Shown: piece after piece, positions 22,076-34,135 of the stretch
How positions within the stretch are numbered: position 1 is the first letter of the stretch
Layout of the letters: the number at the start of each line of letters is the position of its first letter
Notes under the pieces: generated by a model
Seen by the model: only the letters and a program-made list of their open reading frames with translations
Told to the model about the DNA's origin: nothing
Database searches by the model: none
DNA from: Porphyridium purpureum
Taxonomy: Eukaryota
Direction of reading: 5' to 3'
Assembly: GCA_008690995.1 (NCBI GenBank)
Contig: VRMN01000001.1
Span: 2,294,001 to 2,358,000, forward strand
DNA: 64,000 bases
Position numbers and translations under genes: made by a program

Positions 22076-23293
22076 CGCAACACACGCACACACACCACCA
22101 CCACCACCACCACCACTCCTTCCCGTCACGTCACAGCTCGCCCTTCAGCTTGCGTCTCGTCGCCGCGCCGCGCCGCCCGCCACAGCCCTCGCGCCGCCAG
22201 ATTTTTTTTTTTTTTTCCTCGCTTCTTTTTCTCTCGCGAGAAATTCGCGCCGTGGTTCATGACTGTACCTCTTTGTGTCCTTGCGTGAACTTGAGTTCTT
22301 CATGTGCAGCACAGCCAGCCAATGCTCACGTCTCATCATCACAGCACGCCGCGCACAGTGCGACCCCACCGCACAGCGCAATGCTCTTCTTCATTCTTCT
22401 TCTTCTTCTACTCCTCCACCACCGGCAGGCCTTTTCCACTTTCAGCACGACTGGCGCTGCGCATCTCTACACAGCGCCGTCCTTCCCACTCTGCAACGCA
22501 ACCCACCGCTCCCAGCCACAATCCAGTCTAGCCATCGCATGCACGAGCCTCCTTACCATCCGCATCCCACTTCCAATCGCCGCTGTTTGCTCAGCAACCA
22601 ACCATCCATTTCCTCCACGGCTTCCATGTGGCTCTCTCCTCATTCTCTCACTTACTTCCACTTCCCACCCTTGCACATTCACAGTACCTTAAGCTGTACT
22701 CCCAGCCCTTCTTACCCCCCGCCCCAATCTTTCTGTCTGCCCAATTTAGTATTACAAGGACGTGAGTTCATATGAAATCGAGGCGCTCACCGTCACGGGA
22801 CATGAGAGGGAACGCGGTTCGGGCAAGCCGATGCTCCGAACGCCACGCTTTCGTAGCAGCAGCCTAGTGTCGCGTATAGGCTCAGACGCTGTGATTGAAT
22901 GAGAAAATGAGAAAATGAGAAATGAGAAATCACATGAAGCCGCGGGGGAAAGAATAAGGAGCTTTGGGACTTTTTGATAGGTTGGAGGGGGGGATTGTGT
23001 GTGTGTGTGTGTGTGATGAGTGTGAACATAGAGAAGATGAGGGAACGGGGGCGAGAGGGGAAGAAGAGCTGGGAGTTGTGGGACAGCAAATAAAGGCAGT
23101 GTTGCGTCGAGGAGGTGGGGAAAGGGGAGGGGTGTGTGGAGAAGAGGAAGGGGAGGGGGCGCAGGGAAGGGTGTTGCGCACGCTGCGGGGTGGTGGGTGC
23201 AGGACTGACGGACGGAGCGGCGTGCGGAGTATCGCGACGGCGGGTCGCGGCGCGTGCGCGTGGGGCGGGCGGGCTGGGCGCAGAACAGATTGG

Positions 23294-25326
23294 ATGAACG
23301 GGTAGGCGGGGGGGTTCACACGGTGGCAACCAACAGGGGGTCCGGGCGCGGGAAGGAGAGGCAGACACAGGCGATCCGGCGCGCGCAAAAAATGCTGTGT
23401 CCGCGCACGCAGTGCGCCGGTTTCGCTGACTTTTGATTAACAACGGTAACACGCGTGGAAGCAGGAAACGGACGGAGAACGCACGGCGCGAGGCGACCTG
23501 GCACAGGCCCGCTGATCGGGTCTTCGCCGGCATTGCGCGGGTTGCGGAGACACGTGGTGACGAGCTCTCGCAATTCGGGCTGCCGTTCGAGCCTTGCGGT
23601 ATTTTGTTCGTTTTGTTTCTGACTTGATCTGACTGTTTGACTGCATCTGACTCATAACACGCAACTAGACACGAAGCCAGGGGCCGGACAAAGGCTGCAA
23701 GAAGGTGGAAGAAAGGGAACTGTCCGCATCGAGTACTTGGGAACCTTGTTTGCCATGTTTGAGGAGGAGGTGCGACTGAAAGCTCTGCAGAGAGAGAAGG
23801 CGGCGCTCGCATCCATGCGTGAGGCCATTCCGGAAACCTGGAGCCTGCTTGAATATGAAATCAGCAGACTCGAAGCGCTTTGCGATCCTGCGCTGATAGG
23901 CGCTTCGGCGGCAGGCCTAGAGGAGATCGAGCCGGCGCTCAATTTGGTCAGCTTGAACGGGGCTATCGACAGTGTTTCTGGAATAGCAGCCCCGGGCAGA
24001 GCCACGTCGGAATTTTCTCCATCGCCCCCGTACGCAAGAAGTCCCACTGCAGGCTCCTTTTTTCCTTCGAGAAGAAGGTCATCGCAGCTGGAACAGTTCG
24101 CCAACGATGGCGCCGCCACAAGCGCGAGCGCAACTTCGCCTATCGCCACGCGCGGTACCACGGGCGGCCCGCTTGACAACAGCACTAACACAAACGCTGT
24201 GCCATTTGTGCCGCAGCTGCGCTCTCCTACATTTGCTTCGAGCGTTGAGCGCGACACGTCTCCTGGTAGCATGTTGCAAGGTCTGGGACCGCGCTCCAAG
24301 ACTATGCCAGGCCCGTTGGTGAAGAAGCGTGTCAAGTTACCAGTACCAGCAGACAAGTATCCTGACTATAACTTTGTGGGTCGCCTGCTTGGCCCGCGCG
24401 GCGCCACCCTCAAGGCGCTTGAACGTGACACCGGCTGCAAGATCATGATTCGCGGAAAGGGTAGCATTCGGAAAGACAAGGAAATGGAAGTGCGAGGGAA
24501 ACCGGGCTGGGAGCACGTGTTTAACGAACCGCTTCATGTGGTCGTGGAAGCGGAAAACGAGGAAGCGGTAGCGACTCGCGCTTTGAATCGTGCGAAGGAA
24601 GCCGTGGAGCTGCTCTTAGTTCCCGTTCCGGAGGACCGCGACTCGCTGAAGCGACAGCAGCTGCGCGATCTCGCCATTCTGAATGGAACTTTCCGTGGCC
24701 AACAGACGCCGGGAGGCGGCGTGGTTGGGGGCGCGCTCGGTGCTCCTGGCTCACAGCAACAAATTTCATACGGAGCGGGCCCGTTTTCTCCTCAGCAAAT
24801 GGGCGGCACCACAGCGGAGGACATGGGAACGGCGCCTGTTTTGTCGTTCTCGTTGCAACTTCCGCATGGGTCCCCGCAGTCGGGCTCGGGTTCGGGCTTT
24901 GACTCAGAGTATGACTACTTGAAGAACCTGCGCTCTGAAATTCCTGGAAACGTCCCTCTCGGCGTGCGTGCCGCGCCTCAGTCGAGTCCCACGCGCCCGC
25001 CTGCCCAGTTTGCAAATGCCCTGCAGTCGCGTCTTCCCATGTCGCCTTCCAACGCGAACATGGATTACTGGACTCCCGTTCCTCGCGCGCATTCCACGCG
25101 TCATGTGAATCTTGAGGACGAAGAGTTTAATTCCGTCATGGGCATTCGTTCACAAAGCAGCGCAGACTTTGGTGAAGTTCCACTGTTGGGCTCGACCGGA
25201 AAGGTGCGCTCCACTCGATATAGTGGGCCGCTAAATCTCCACTCGCAGTTATACAACGGAGCATTCTCGAACGCGACTTCCCCGGAAGCGCAACAAGGTG
25301 CGGGGTCAGGTTTTCAGCAGAATTGA
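23294..25326 (+). CDS. STAR/Quaking-type KH-QUA2 RNA-binding protein; tentative introns at 23302-23464 and 23599-23668
   Basis: [49 protein letters not shown], plus a QUA1-like helix. The main exon 23669-25326 is secure. The two GT-AG introns with ctgac branch points keep the frame but are unverified; an unspliced alternative starts at ATG 23755. Confidence 0.88.
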
Positions 25327-25802
25327 TCGATTTGAATTGGATTGGCGTCATTTGCGAAGTAGAAACCGATGACGTGAACATAAATACACCGAACAGCATG
25401 GACAATAACAGCAAGTATATGCTACTCAGTGTCAAAGAGTACGGGCCCTGTCTCTATGCAGAGGAATGAGAACTTGAGCCGTGCGAGACTTGAGCATGAA
25501 GTGAAGTGTTTCTATGACTCGTAACGGACAGGCTGTGCACAAGTAAACCTGAAGATGTAAGCGAGACGTTTGGGCATTCAGACCTCAGCACGCAGCTTCG
25601 CAGCACGGCGCAACGCGTCACAAATCCGTAAATGCCATTTCAGGCGGGAGCTTGTGATGGCTCTTCAGACATTGGCAAGGCTGGTGAGAAGATTGCAACC
25701 AGCATGACTTTCTCCACAGTAATCTGGGCGAATCATTTCTTATACAATACAGAAACCGAGTCAATTGTGAATACTAGTTATCCCCTGCAACGTGCCTGCG
25801 CG

Positions 25803-27392
25803 TCACATTCTGTCATCTGACCACGCCGCAAACTCGTCCAAACCCGCGAGCACCTCTACTTGGTTGTTAGCGTATCCCACAAGAACATATCCTGCATGTG
25901 GATGGATTGCACTGCAGCTCGCAAGCGAAGGAAGAGGTATGGAGCCCATGTAGTGCAAAAGCCCGCGCGCCATACCGTGGTGCCGCGTGGCGCGACACGG
26001 TTGTAAAGAGTGGAACTCCAATGCGGCACGCTTGTAGGCGGGGTTAACGAGGACATCGCGGCGCATCGCTGGAGTCTGCGCGCCAATCCGGCGCGCCATA
26101 CGCTCGACAGCGTCATGTGCGACACTAGCACGAGGATCGGAATAATGCCGCTCTTCGCCGTGCAATGAATGCGACACCACCACGGCGGAGGATTCCGGGC
26201 GGTCTCGAGCACTGCATCGTGCACATGTGACAGGCCTCACATTCGAGGAGCACTCCATGACCCCCACGCGGCCATGGTTCGAACGGAACATAATATCGTT
26301 CGGTCCAATACAACTCGCTTGGATCCAATTCAAATGAGCGGTGCGCTCGCTACCCGACGCCGCCAAGTCAGCAGCCGCTACCGGAACCTCGACCGGTAGG
26401 AGCGCGTGGTCCAGACTAAGGTATGCTTTTGACTTTGAGAGTGCTATTCCGGGAGCAGCCGCGTTCGAGAAAGAGCGAGCGTGCAGCGCAGCAGCTTCTT
26501 GTTGTTGCGCATGTGCTGCTGCATACACTGCAGACGTGGTATCATCTGCTCCAGACAGTGTTGACTTTGAAATGAATCTCGCATCAAACAAGGCAACTTG
26601 GCCATTCTCCGTGGCAGCCAGGGCCAAGTTCGCATGAGAGCCCACAAGCGTCAATGCGCATATGACGACAGAGAGGGACATAGAAAGAGCGACCTGCACT
26701 GGCGAGGCGCCGCACCGCCGATCAAACCAATTGATCCCACCTGACACACCGCCAAGCACGCAAACATTCTCATCTACAAACTGCCCCGCTAGCACACTCT
26801 TGCCGCAGTATGCAAATGACATCGTCGGTGCCCGGGTCTCGCAGGTCTCCAAGTCGCTCAGCCATACGTTACTTGACCATCGCATTCCGATGAGCAAGTT
26901 TGACGCTTCTGGCGACCAGCGCACAACGCTCGGGTTCGCACGCGTACCCGTGTCGAGGCACAGCCTTTGCGAACCTGTCCGCTTGCTGCACGAGTGACGG
27001 GGCGCCGGAGCTTGGTTCGCGCTGTTGATGTCACCGCTATTGTTCCACTTGACGAAGTTCATGCGTAGCTGCTCGAAATCGTGAAGCTCGATCCAGCCGT
27101 CACTCGATGCTGCGACGACCAAGTGCGGGTCAGAACCTGGCTCGAACTCAAGTGCCGATACATAAGAGAGAATTGCGCGGCGCCCCATGTTGACGACAGA
27201 CGAATCAGGGCCGCCAGCACTGGTCGCCGTGAATGCGGACGGATGAAGTTGAACCACGTCAGGCGCAGTGCGCGCCGTATTCTTGAGCCTCTCTCCTGCA
27301 TATACTTGAAGCTCGTACATTCCATCTTCAAGCCGCAGAGGCGACGCGTGCCCACGCACCGAGCGCTCCCGTATGGCCTTGAGGAGTCGCAT
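25803..27392 (-). CDS. WD40-repeat protein
   Basis: Repeats such as VSALEF..LVVAASSDGWIELHD, VLGGVSGGINWFDRR and LAATENGQVALFDAR. ATG 27392 was chosen because the upstream ORF extension overlaps the DHHC gene. Confidence 0.75.
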   Translation of the reverse strand: MRLLKAIRERSVRGHASPLRLEDGMYELQVYAGERLKNTARTAPDVVQLHPSAFTATSAGGPDSSVVNMGRRAILSYVSALEFEPGSDPHLVVAASSDGWIELHDFEQLRMNFVKWNNSGDINSANQAPAPRHSCSKRTGSQRLCLDTGTRANPSVVRWSPEASNLLIGMRWSSNVWLSDLETCETRAPTMSFAYCGKSVLAGQFVDENVCVLGGVSGGINWFDRRCGASPVQVALSMSLSVVICALTLVGSHANLALAATENGQVALFDARFISKSTLSGADDTTSAVYAAAHAQQQEAAALHARSFSNAAAPGIALSKSKAYLSLDHALLPVEVPVAAADLAASGSERTAHLNWIQASCIGPNDIMFRSNHGRVGVMECSSNVRPVTCARCSARDRPESSAVVVSHSLHGEERHYSDPRASVAHDAVERMARRIGAQTPAMRRDVLVNPAYKRAALEFHSLQPCRATRHHGMARGLLHYMGSIPLPSLASCSAIHPHAGYVLVGYANNQVEVLAGLDEFAAWSDDRM

Positions 27393-27579
27393 GGCATTGC
27401 TTCTGCCTGTGTGAGCTTGGCATCGCCAACAGCCTGCCTCGCGCTCGAACCTTGGTGCGCGCACGCATCGGAAAGGCTTGGTACAGTGAATCCCGCTGCA
27501 AGTGTACCTTGACGTAAGCCACAGTGAATGACGTAAACAGTACCTATTTACTGTACTTTGCCTGAGTTTTGCTCTCTGC

Positions 27580-28668
27580 TCAGATGTCATGCTCGAGATG
27601 GTGCCGGACGGCTCCGTCAGCAGCAATTCCGGGTGGCGCCAGATCGTAATAATCCGGCAACGGCGCCAAAGATGGCATCCAGAAGTTGAGCAGCGACGTG
27701 CTCGGGCCAAACACGGAAAACAAAGCGCGCTCGATCGTGCTGTCATGGCTGCTCGGTACGCTGTGGTAGTGCGGATTACGCACAGAGCCCGGCATCCACC
27801 AACACAGATCAGAACATGAGCTCGAAACGCTGAAGCTGCTGCTGTTTGGACTATGGCCATTGATACCATTGCTGGTGTGTCTTCTGTGGCTCCATTCGCG
27901 CTTCATATCAATGGTGCTCGACTCGTGGACAACCAAATACAGCGTCCAGCACAGCAGGGCCCCCATCAGTACGCTTACCACCGAGCACAGAGCAAGGATG
28001 AAAATGAAAGTCTTCTGCGTCCTGGTAGACAAGTTGCGCAAATCGTCCGGAGGCAGCCGAGCACTCATCATGTCTTCAGAGGTGGAGGGCGTAGCACTGC
28101 CACGCGCGGTGCCTCCAGCTGCAACAATGGGCGAAAGAGTGGCGACACCGAGAAGAACGCCAAGAAGTGTGTATAAAAGGTACAGGATGAAATAACGCTG
28201 ATTATTTCTCCCCACGCACACGTTCAGCCATGCGCAATGGTGGTCCATTCTACGGAAGCAAGTATCACATACACTGCAGTGGTGGGTGCGCTCGTCGCGA
28301 AAGCGGCCGCATTGTGCCTTGCTGCATTTGATCCACACATAGGCGTCCAAATCCTGCGCCAGCGCGTCGCGTCCCTGAGGTCGAAGACGAGGCGCCTCAC
28401 CTGCACCGATATATAAAGAGGCGCCATAATTGAACGCCATCTGCGAGACAATAAAAGCGACGAGAGCGACGTGTAACGCGGTGGCAACGTCACCGATGCG
28501 CTGCTGCAGAATCGGCAGCACCAGCGTCGCGTACGTCAACACCACGAACGCGTTCAGCAACACACAGAGCAGCACCAACAGCGCGCCGGCGTACCGCACA
28601 CATCCATCCAGAGACTCTTCCAGCCTCAGAAACGCGCCGTTCACCCGTCGGAACCATGACGGCTCCAT
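27580..28668 (-). CDS. DHHC palmitoyltransferase
   Basis: CSKAQC...RTHHCSVCDTCFRRMDHHCAWLNVCVGRNNQRYF, four TM segments, and a TTxE-like STID motif. Confidence 0.96.
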   Translation of the reverse strand: MEPSWFRRVNGAFLRLEESLDGCVRYAGALLVLLCVLLNAFVVLTYATLVLPILQQRIGDVATALHVALVAFIVSQMAFNYGASLYIGAGEAPRLRPQGRDALAQDLDAYVWIKCSKAQCGRFRDERTHHCSVCDTCFRRMDHHCAWLNVCVGRNNQRYFILYLLYTLLGVLLGVATLSPIVAAGGTARGSATPSTSEDMMSARLPPDDLRNLSTRTQKTFIFILALCSVVSVLMGALLCWTLYLVVHESSTIDMKREWSHRRHTSNGINGHSPNSSSFSVSSSCSDLCWWMPGSVRNPHYHSVPSSHDSTIERALFSVFGPSTSLLNFWMPSLAPLPDYYDLAPPGIAADGAVRHHLEHDI

Positions 28669-28968
28669 CTCATCCTCTCCGCCACACTACCTTCTCAACC
28701 ACACTCCCGTCCTCTCCCCCAGTCACATTCCCAACCCACTGGAAACGGCAAAACGCACTTTGCCACTCGGCCTTACACTGTACTTATTAGTACAGCTCCT
28801 GCATATTGTACCTTGTTTTTTAAGCTTCCATTTTTTGTATTTTAACGTTGCGCGGTTTGCGGGCCGCATGCGCGGTTTGAGTGGAGGAAGAGCGCCATTT
28901 TTGTGGTGGATGTGGATGTGGCAAAGACGTAAGAGGGCCAGGCGACGACGGAAGGAGAGGTAGACACC

Positions 28969-31671
28969 ATGGCGTTTGGATATTGCTGGGCAACGAGAAT
29001 ACAGGTGAGTGTCGCAGCGCATCAGCGCTCCGTCGCCTCTTTGCAGAGAGGCGCGCGCGCACCCTTTGCAAACTGCGCGCGCAGAAGTGCGCCGGTACGA
29101 TGCGCCCGCTCGAGCAGGCACGCGCTGAGGACATCGGTCATCATGGCGCAAGCGACATCCAGTGAAAATAGCGCCAGCAAGAGAGGAATCAGCGCCAGCA
29201 GTGTGGTGGAGGCCGCCGTGATGGCGCAATTGTCCGCCATTGATGTGGAAAAGGACATTTCGTACGATACAGCGACGGATGTGCACGAGTCTGGCCCAGG
29301 CCGACTGGATGACCCTGCCACCAACCCTCTTTATTCGGTGTACGCGAATGGTGTTCGTGAGCAGCGTCGACAGGAGAGCTTGAAACAGCCGAACAAAGAC
29401 GCCCCGCCGCTACTGTACGATAAGCAACTCATGAAGCGATACTGGAAGGCACGCCCAGCAGAGCTGAATGCGCGCTGGCGTGTGTTCCTTGGGGTGGCAA
29501 CGCCGTTTTTCACCAAGTGCATTCGCGACTTTGCCGCAGGCAGACTGCTCAAGGATGACACGAACATCCGCGAAATCGCGAAAATGGCACGTGAAGGATT
29601 CGAGAGACTGGGGCCATCCTACGTGAAGCTGGGCCAGATTCTCTCTGTGCGCCCAGACATTATTCCGGAAGCCGCGCAGGACGAGCTTCAGCGATTACAA
29701 GATAACGTCAAACCCTTCGACACTCTTGACGCTTTTCAAGTCGTCGAGGAGGAGCTCGGACGTACGATTGACGAAGTATTCAGCGAGTTCTCTGGTGAGC
29801 CCGTGGCAGCCGCTTCACTTGCGCAAGTGTACAAAGCACGTCTGCGTTCCAATGGGAAGCTGGTTGCGGTCAAGGTGCAGCGTCCCGAGGCCTTGGGCAC
29901 GGTGAGCAAAGACCTGTACGTGCTCCAACGCGCGGTCCAAGTTTATCAGGGCATTGTGTCGCGCTGGACAGCTCAAGAAACGGACTATGTTGCCCTGCTG
30001 GACTCTTTCGCAGAGGGCTTCTACGCCGAGCTCGATTTTCTGAATGAAGCTCGCAACCAACTCATATTCCGAGAGACGATTCTGAAGCGGACGGAAGGGC
30101 GCGTATATGTGCCTCAAGTTTACCTCGAAATGAGCTCTAGAAGGCTGCTCATTTCTGAGTGGGTGGATGGAGTGAAGCTTTCGCAAGTCGCGGACGATGA
30201 AGTGCGTCCGTTGGTCGCCTTGGGTCAGCAATGCTTCTTGGAGCAGTTGCTGGAAGCGCCAGGCTATCTTCACGGTGACCCTCATGCGGGTAATATTCTC
30301 AAAGTGTTGGACGCAGATGCCCTGGAAAACCCAGGCCCGAACAAAGCGCAGCTGTGTCTCTTAGACTACGGTCTCGTGACTTCGATCCCGGAGCAGGACC
30401 GTCAAGTCATTGTTCGAGGCATTGTGCACTTGGCAAATCGTGATTGGGATGCTGTGGTACAAGACTTCATTGACCTGAAGATCCTTCCTGAGGGCCGCGT
30501 CGACCGCGCGCGGGTTGCCGCGGTCATCAAGAAAGTACTGACGCCGTACGTATTTGTCGGAGGTGGGGCGAAAGCATTCCTTCCGAACGGCATTAGTGTG
30601 AAGGAAGTATTCAATCCATCCTTTCAAGAACTGACGCGAGAATTGCGCAGCGCGGCGGTAGAAATCCCATTTCAGATTCCGCCCGACTTTGTACTGATTC
30701 TGCGGTCCATTTCTGTGTTGGAAGGGATCGCGCTTCGCGCTCAACCAGACTACAAGTTGATTTTATCAACGTATCCGTACGTTGCGAGGCGCTTGCTTCG
30801 TGACAGCGCAGACACAGACTCATTCCGCATGGCGCTCAACGAAATCTTGTACGGAAATACTGCCGATGAAATTGACTTGTCCTCTGGCACAAAGCCGAAG
30901 AAGCGCATCAACCCCCGCCGGCTAGTTGTGCTTTTGAACAATGCATTAGGCAAGGTGGCTGTGGCGAGTGGTACAGATGATGGCTCGTTCGTGGATGCCA
31001 TTCCGGAGGACGAGGCGTCTCTGTCCCAGCTTGTTGATTTGGTGCTTAGCGACCAGGCGATTGGTGTTCGCGATGCGCTGATCGAAGAACTAACCGTCGG
31101 AATCGACCTGGTTCTGCGACAACTCACGCGTAGAAGCTCGGAGTGGATATCGAGCACATTGCTCACGCCGCCTCGGCTTCCGGGTCCGCTCTCGTTCATG
31201 CCGCCACCTCCAGTCCCGGTTCCAAGAAAACTGATCGATGAGGCGTTAGCGCGGCTGGCGCCGCCCTTATCTCCTGAGGAGCAGATCTATGTGAACGATC
31301 TCGTCCTTCTTTCGTTTGATCTTCTGCAGATTCCGGGTGATCCTGAAGCCGCTCTCAACTCGCCTTTGGAGAGCTTGAACGTGCTTCGCGCCTTGGTCCA
31401 AAAATTGGGCGGTACCATGAGCACCAGCTATCCTAGTCGCAGAGGGAAGGATGGGAGGACAACTATGGCGTCCTCGGAAGCTGAGACCAACAATTTGATT
31501 CGAGAGCTGGCCCGCGCGCTGCTTCCGGCTGGTTTTGCTGGGAATTTACTGGGACCGCAGGAAGACTCTGCGCGTGCAGAGAGTCTGCGCATGCTCACTA
31601 GCAAGATAACATCCAATTTGGTCGACTTGCAGAGAACGCGTTTTCTCGGCGAGTCCACGGCGGTACAATAA
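28969..31671 (+). CDS. ABC1K: ABC1/AarF atypical kinase, plastid-targeted
   Basis: LGPSYVKLGQ, AAASLAQVY, VAVKVQRP, ELDFLNEA, HGDPHAGN and LLDYG; MAF N-terminus. Confidence 0.95.
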   Translation: MAFGYCWATRIQVSVAAHQRSVASLQRGARAPFANCARRSAPVRCARSSRHALRTSVIMAQATSSENSASKRGISASSVVEAAVMAQLSAIDVEKDISYDTATDVHESGPGRLDDPATNPLYSVYANGVREQRRQESLKQPNKDAPPLLYDKQLMKRYWKARPAELNARWRVFLGVATPFFTKCIRDFAAGRLLKDDTNIREIAKMAREGFERLGPSYVKLGQILSVRPDIIPEAAQDELQRLQDNVKPFDTLDAFQVVEEELGRTIDEVFSEFSGEPVAAASLAQVYKARLRSNGKLVAVKVQRPEALGTVSKDLYVLQRAVQVYQGIVSRWTAQETDYVALLDSFAEGFYAELDFLNEARNQLIFRETILKRTEGRVYVPQVYLEMSSRRLLISEWVDGVKLSQVADDEVRPLVALGQQCFLEQLLEAPGYLHGDPHAGNILKVLDADALENPGPNKAQLCLLDYGLVTSIPEQDRQVIVRGIVHLANRDWDAVVQDFIDLKILPEGRVDRARVAAVIKKVLTPYVFVGGGAKAFLPNGISVKEVFNPSFQELTRELRSAAVEIPFQIPPDFVLILRSISVLEGIALRAQPDYKLILSTYPYVARRLLRDSADTDSFRMALNEILYGNTADEIDLSSGTKPKKRINPRRLVVLLNNALGKVAVASGTDDGSFVDAIPEDEASLSQLVDLVLSDQAIGVRDALIEELTVGIDLVLRQLTRRSSEWISSTLLTPPRLPGPLSFMPPPPVPVPRKLIDEALARLAPPLSPEEQIYVNDLVLLSFDLLQIPGDPEAALNSPLESLNVLRALVQKLGGTMSTSYPSRRGKDGRTTMASSEAETNNLIRELARALLPAGFAGNLLGPQEDSARAESLRMLTSKITSNLVDLQRTRFLGESTAVQ

Positions 31672-31709
31672 AGAAGGAGCCTTCGCGCAACTTTGACAAG
31701 GACAGCAAT

Positions 31710-32669
31710 TTACTGCAGACGGAAGCTTGACGCAATGGTTCGGCATGCTTCTCCGAGCTCATCCCAGAGCGCCTGCTTCGTGACCACCGTGAGTGTGTAA
31801 ACGGTCTGGCGCGGCTCACTGAAAGCAACCACTGCCACATTGTGAGCCTCGAAAGGCCGTGCCTCCTTTCCGCTAAAGCCGCGCACTGTAAACTCGATAA
31901 CGTACGCGCCATCCTGCGGTCGCATCGTGGCACTCGACAGCGAGGCTTTCTTGCCCGAGTTTGGCGGTGCAATCTGGTTGTCCAGCAGCCACTGGCCCGC
32001 ATACTCTGGTGTCCCAAGCGTGCGCTCCATGCTGAAACCTGGTAGCACTTTTGTTTGAATCACGCTAACGTTTGTGCTGCCATCGACGCTACCCGGGGGT
32101 CCGAACGCGGCAGAAGGAACAATGCCTATCTTCTTGGCCTTGTCACGCATCGAGTAGTCGAGCTGCCTCGCCTTGGACGATTGCGTGAAAAGATACACGG
32201 CTTGGTCCTCCACCCAGTCTTTCGGATACACAAACTCAAACTCATTGTCCGGTGCCACGAAGCGCTTGTACCCGCGGTAGGCGTAGATCTGGTCGACTTT
32301 CAACTTCTCCACAACAGCAGGCGGGAAAAGCGACAGCAGCAGCGAGGTCAAATTCAAGAAGTTCCCGCCGAACGTGAAAAGAACGGCCAGCGCTGACGCG
32401 GCGAGCAATCTCCGCCGAGAGATGACACGCCGGCGGAGCTCACCTTGCAGCTCATCTGGATTCTGCAGCAGCCATTGATACAATCCGCCACGACTACGCT
32501 GCTCACTGTTCTGACTTTCATCATCTCGCGGGCTCGCCTGCTTTACAGCTTGAGATCGAGACCTAGCCAGACACGGAAAAGCCATATTCCGATTCCACCG
32601 ACAAGCATTCTCTGCGTGACGGCCATGGGCGCTGACGCTCGGCAGAGGACGACAGAATCCTGGAATCAT
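31710..32669 (-). CDS. PPD7: PsbP domain-containing thylakoid lumen protein (PPD7-like)
   Basis: Twin-arginine SRRRLL plus hydrophobic signal; FGGNFL, FEFVYPKDW, AFGPPG, NVSVI, TLGTPE, YTLTV and IASSFRL. Confidence 0.85.
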   Translation of the reverse strand: MIPGFCRPLPSVSAHGRHAENACRWNRNMAFPCLARSRSQAVKQASPRDDESQNSEQRSRGGLYQWLLQNPDELQGELRRRVISRRRLLAASALAVLFTFGGNFLNLTSLLLSLFPPAVVEKLKVDQIYAYRGYKRFVAPDNEFEFVYPKDWVEDQAVYLFTQSSKARQLDYSMRDKAKKIGIVPSAAFGPPGSVDGSTNVSVIQTKVLPGFSMERTLGTPEYAGQWLLDNQIAPPNSGKKASLSSATMRPQDGAYVIEFTVRGFSGKEARPFEAHNVAVVAFSEPRQTVYTLTVVTKQALWDELGEACRTIASSFRLQ

Positions 32670-32917
32670 CTTCCTGAGCTTGCTTTCGTGCGCATGCCAG
32701 TCGCCACACCTGGAATCAAATGTCGCACGTGAAGACTTGCAGCAGCTTGAGCCAAAGCACGTGCCGATGCCCAGATTCGAGTACAGTATCGATGTACAGT
32801 TCCGCATTTAACTGTACATCGCGGTACAGCTGTTCCACGTGAGCTCGGCGTGCGCGGTGGTCGTGGGAGGCGGTAACGTGGTGTGGCGCACGGAAAGAGA
32901 GAGGCAACGAAGCTGCG

Positions 32918-34135
32918 ATGGCGTTTGTCGGAGTGGGATGCGGCGCGGTGAGGCCGCAGCCGTGTTACTCTGTGCGAGCGGCGGAACGGACATGCGCGAT
33001 TGTCGTGCCGGTTCCCGCGAAAACAAGAAGGGTGTCAGTTGTTTGTTTGGCAAGGAAGCAAGACGACGAAGACGCACAGTCCATGTTTCGAGGGCCACTG
33101 GCCCCGTCGAGCTACAGTGAGGACGCGAAGCAGGATGCAAAAGACAGACTGGACCGGACGAGGGAGGATTCGGCTGGCTCAGAATCATTGTTGCTCCCAG
33201 AAGATGAGCCGGTCTTCGAGCTCCAGGACAAAGGTCTTGAAGCCATGCTCACCAGCGCCGAGTCTCGACGAGAGCTGCGTCGTGCTCGGCGCGAGTCGCG
33301 GCGTGCAAAGACCGCAAAGAGCGAGGACGGGAGCAGGTCCGCCACGTCAGAGGACCCGGACAGTGAGAGCCCAAACGACAATGCGACAGACGACGAGGAG
33401 CTCAGGGGCCAAGACGTGGTTCTGTCCCCGGAAGAAGCCGACGATCCTGTGAAACGGCTTACGCGCAGGTTTAAGATGTCGCGCGACGAGCTCATGATGA
33501 AAGTGGAGGCGGACCCGGACTTTATGTTTCAGGCAGAGATCGCGAAGGATGATACCTACGATATGACCGCCGCAATTATTGGCGCTGGGCAGCCGCGCGA
33601 AGTGGGTGGTGGCAATACGGTGTACATTTTACCCTACCTGCAAAACGGGCATTTGATTGGACTGCTGACAATTCTGCTGATGACCTTTGCTTACAATCCG
33701 GGGCTCCCGCTGACCAACTTGCCGGACGAGTTCCGAGGCGCGCTCGCGCGTGGATTACTCGTCACCTTTGTGGTGAACAGCTGTCTGGTCTTGGCAGTAC
33801 CGCGCGAGGCCGCACTCCGCAGGCAGCCCACCGCCTTTTGGGCGCTAAAGGTGTTCTTGCTGGGCGGCTTGGCGCTCAACGAACTGCAGACCAACATTCG
33901 ACCTGTGAAGCAAACGAACTTTATTTCGGGGGCAGACAAAAACAAGTTGCAGAAGGCGCTGAAGTCCAGAGATTTGCCGACGATGCCAGCTGACGTGTCT
34001 TCGTCTTTACCCTTATCTCCGCCAGCTGCGCAACCTCTAAAAGAGAAACAGTCGGATCAGACACCGTCGCTGCCAGCGAGCAAGGCGAAAAACAACTCCA
34101 AACAGCAACGTAAGAGGAAGTCGAAGAAGGGATAG
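32918..34135 (+). CDS. Hypothetical plastid-targeted membrane protein
   Basis: 405-codon ORF with an MAFVG transit peptide, an acidic region, 2-3 hydrophobic segments and a basic C-tail. Confidence 0.75.
   Translation: MAFVGVGCGAVRPQPCYSVRAAERTCAIVVPVPAKTRRVSVVCLARKQDDEDAQSMFRGPLAPSSYSEDAKQDAKDRLDRTREDSAGSESLLLPEDEPVFELQDKGLEAMLTSAESRRELRRARRESRRAKTAKSEDGSRSATSEDPDSESPNDNATDDEELRGQDVVLSPEEADDPVKRLTRRFKMSRDELMMKVEADPDFMFQAEIAKDDTYDMTAAIIGAGQPREVGGGNTVYILPYLQNGHLIGLLTILLMTFAYNPGLPLTNLPDEFRGALARGLLVTFVVNSCLVLAVPREAALRRQPTAFWALKVFLLGGLALNELQTNIRPVKQTNFISGADKNKLQKALKSRDLPTMPADVSSSLPLSPPAAQPLKEKQSDQTPSLPASKAKNNSKQQRKRKSKKG

Noticed and set aside
22793..23812. 339-aa minus-strand ORF
   Set aside because: It is produced by low-complexity purine-rich and (GT)n sequence upstream of the KH gene.
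23737..25326. KH protein as SF1/BBP forming a splicing cluster with SF3B1
   Set aside because: It lacks the SF1 ULM and zinc knuckle and has a QUA1-like helix, so it is Quaking-type.
27393..27869. N-terminal extension of the WD40 ORF overlapping the DHHC gene
   Set aside because: Non-ATG-like start and no domain; a start at 27392 removes the overlap.
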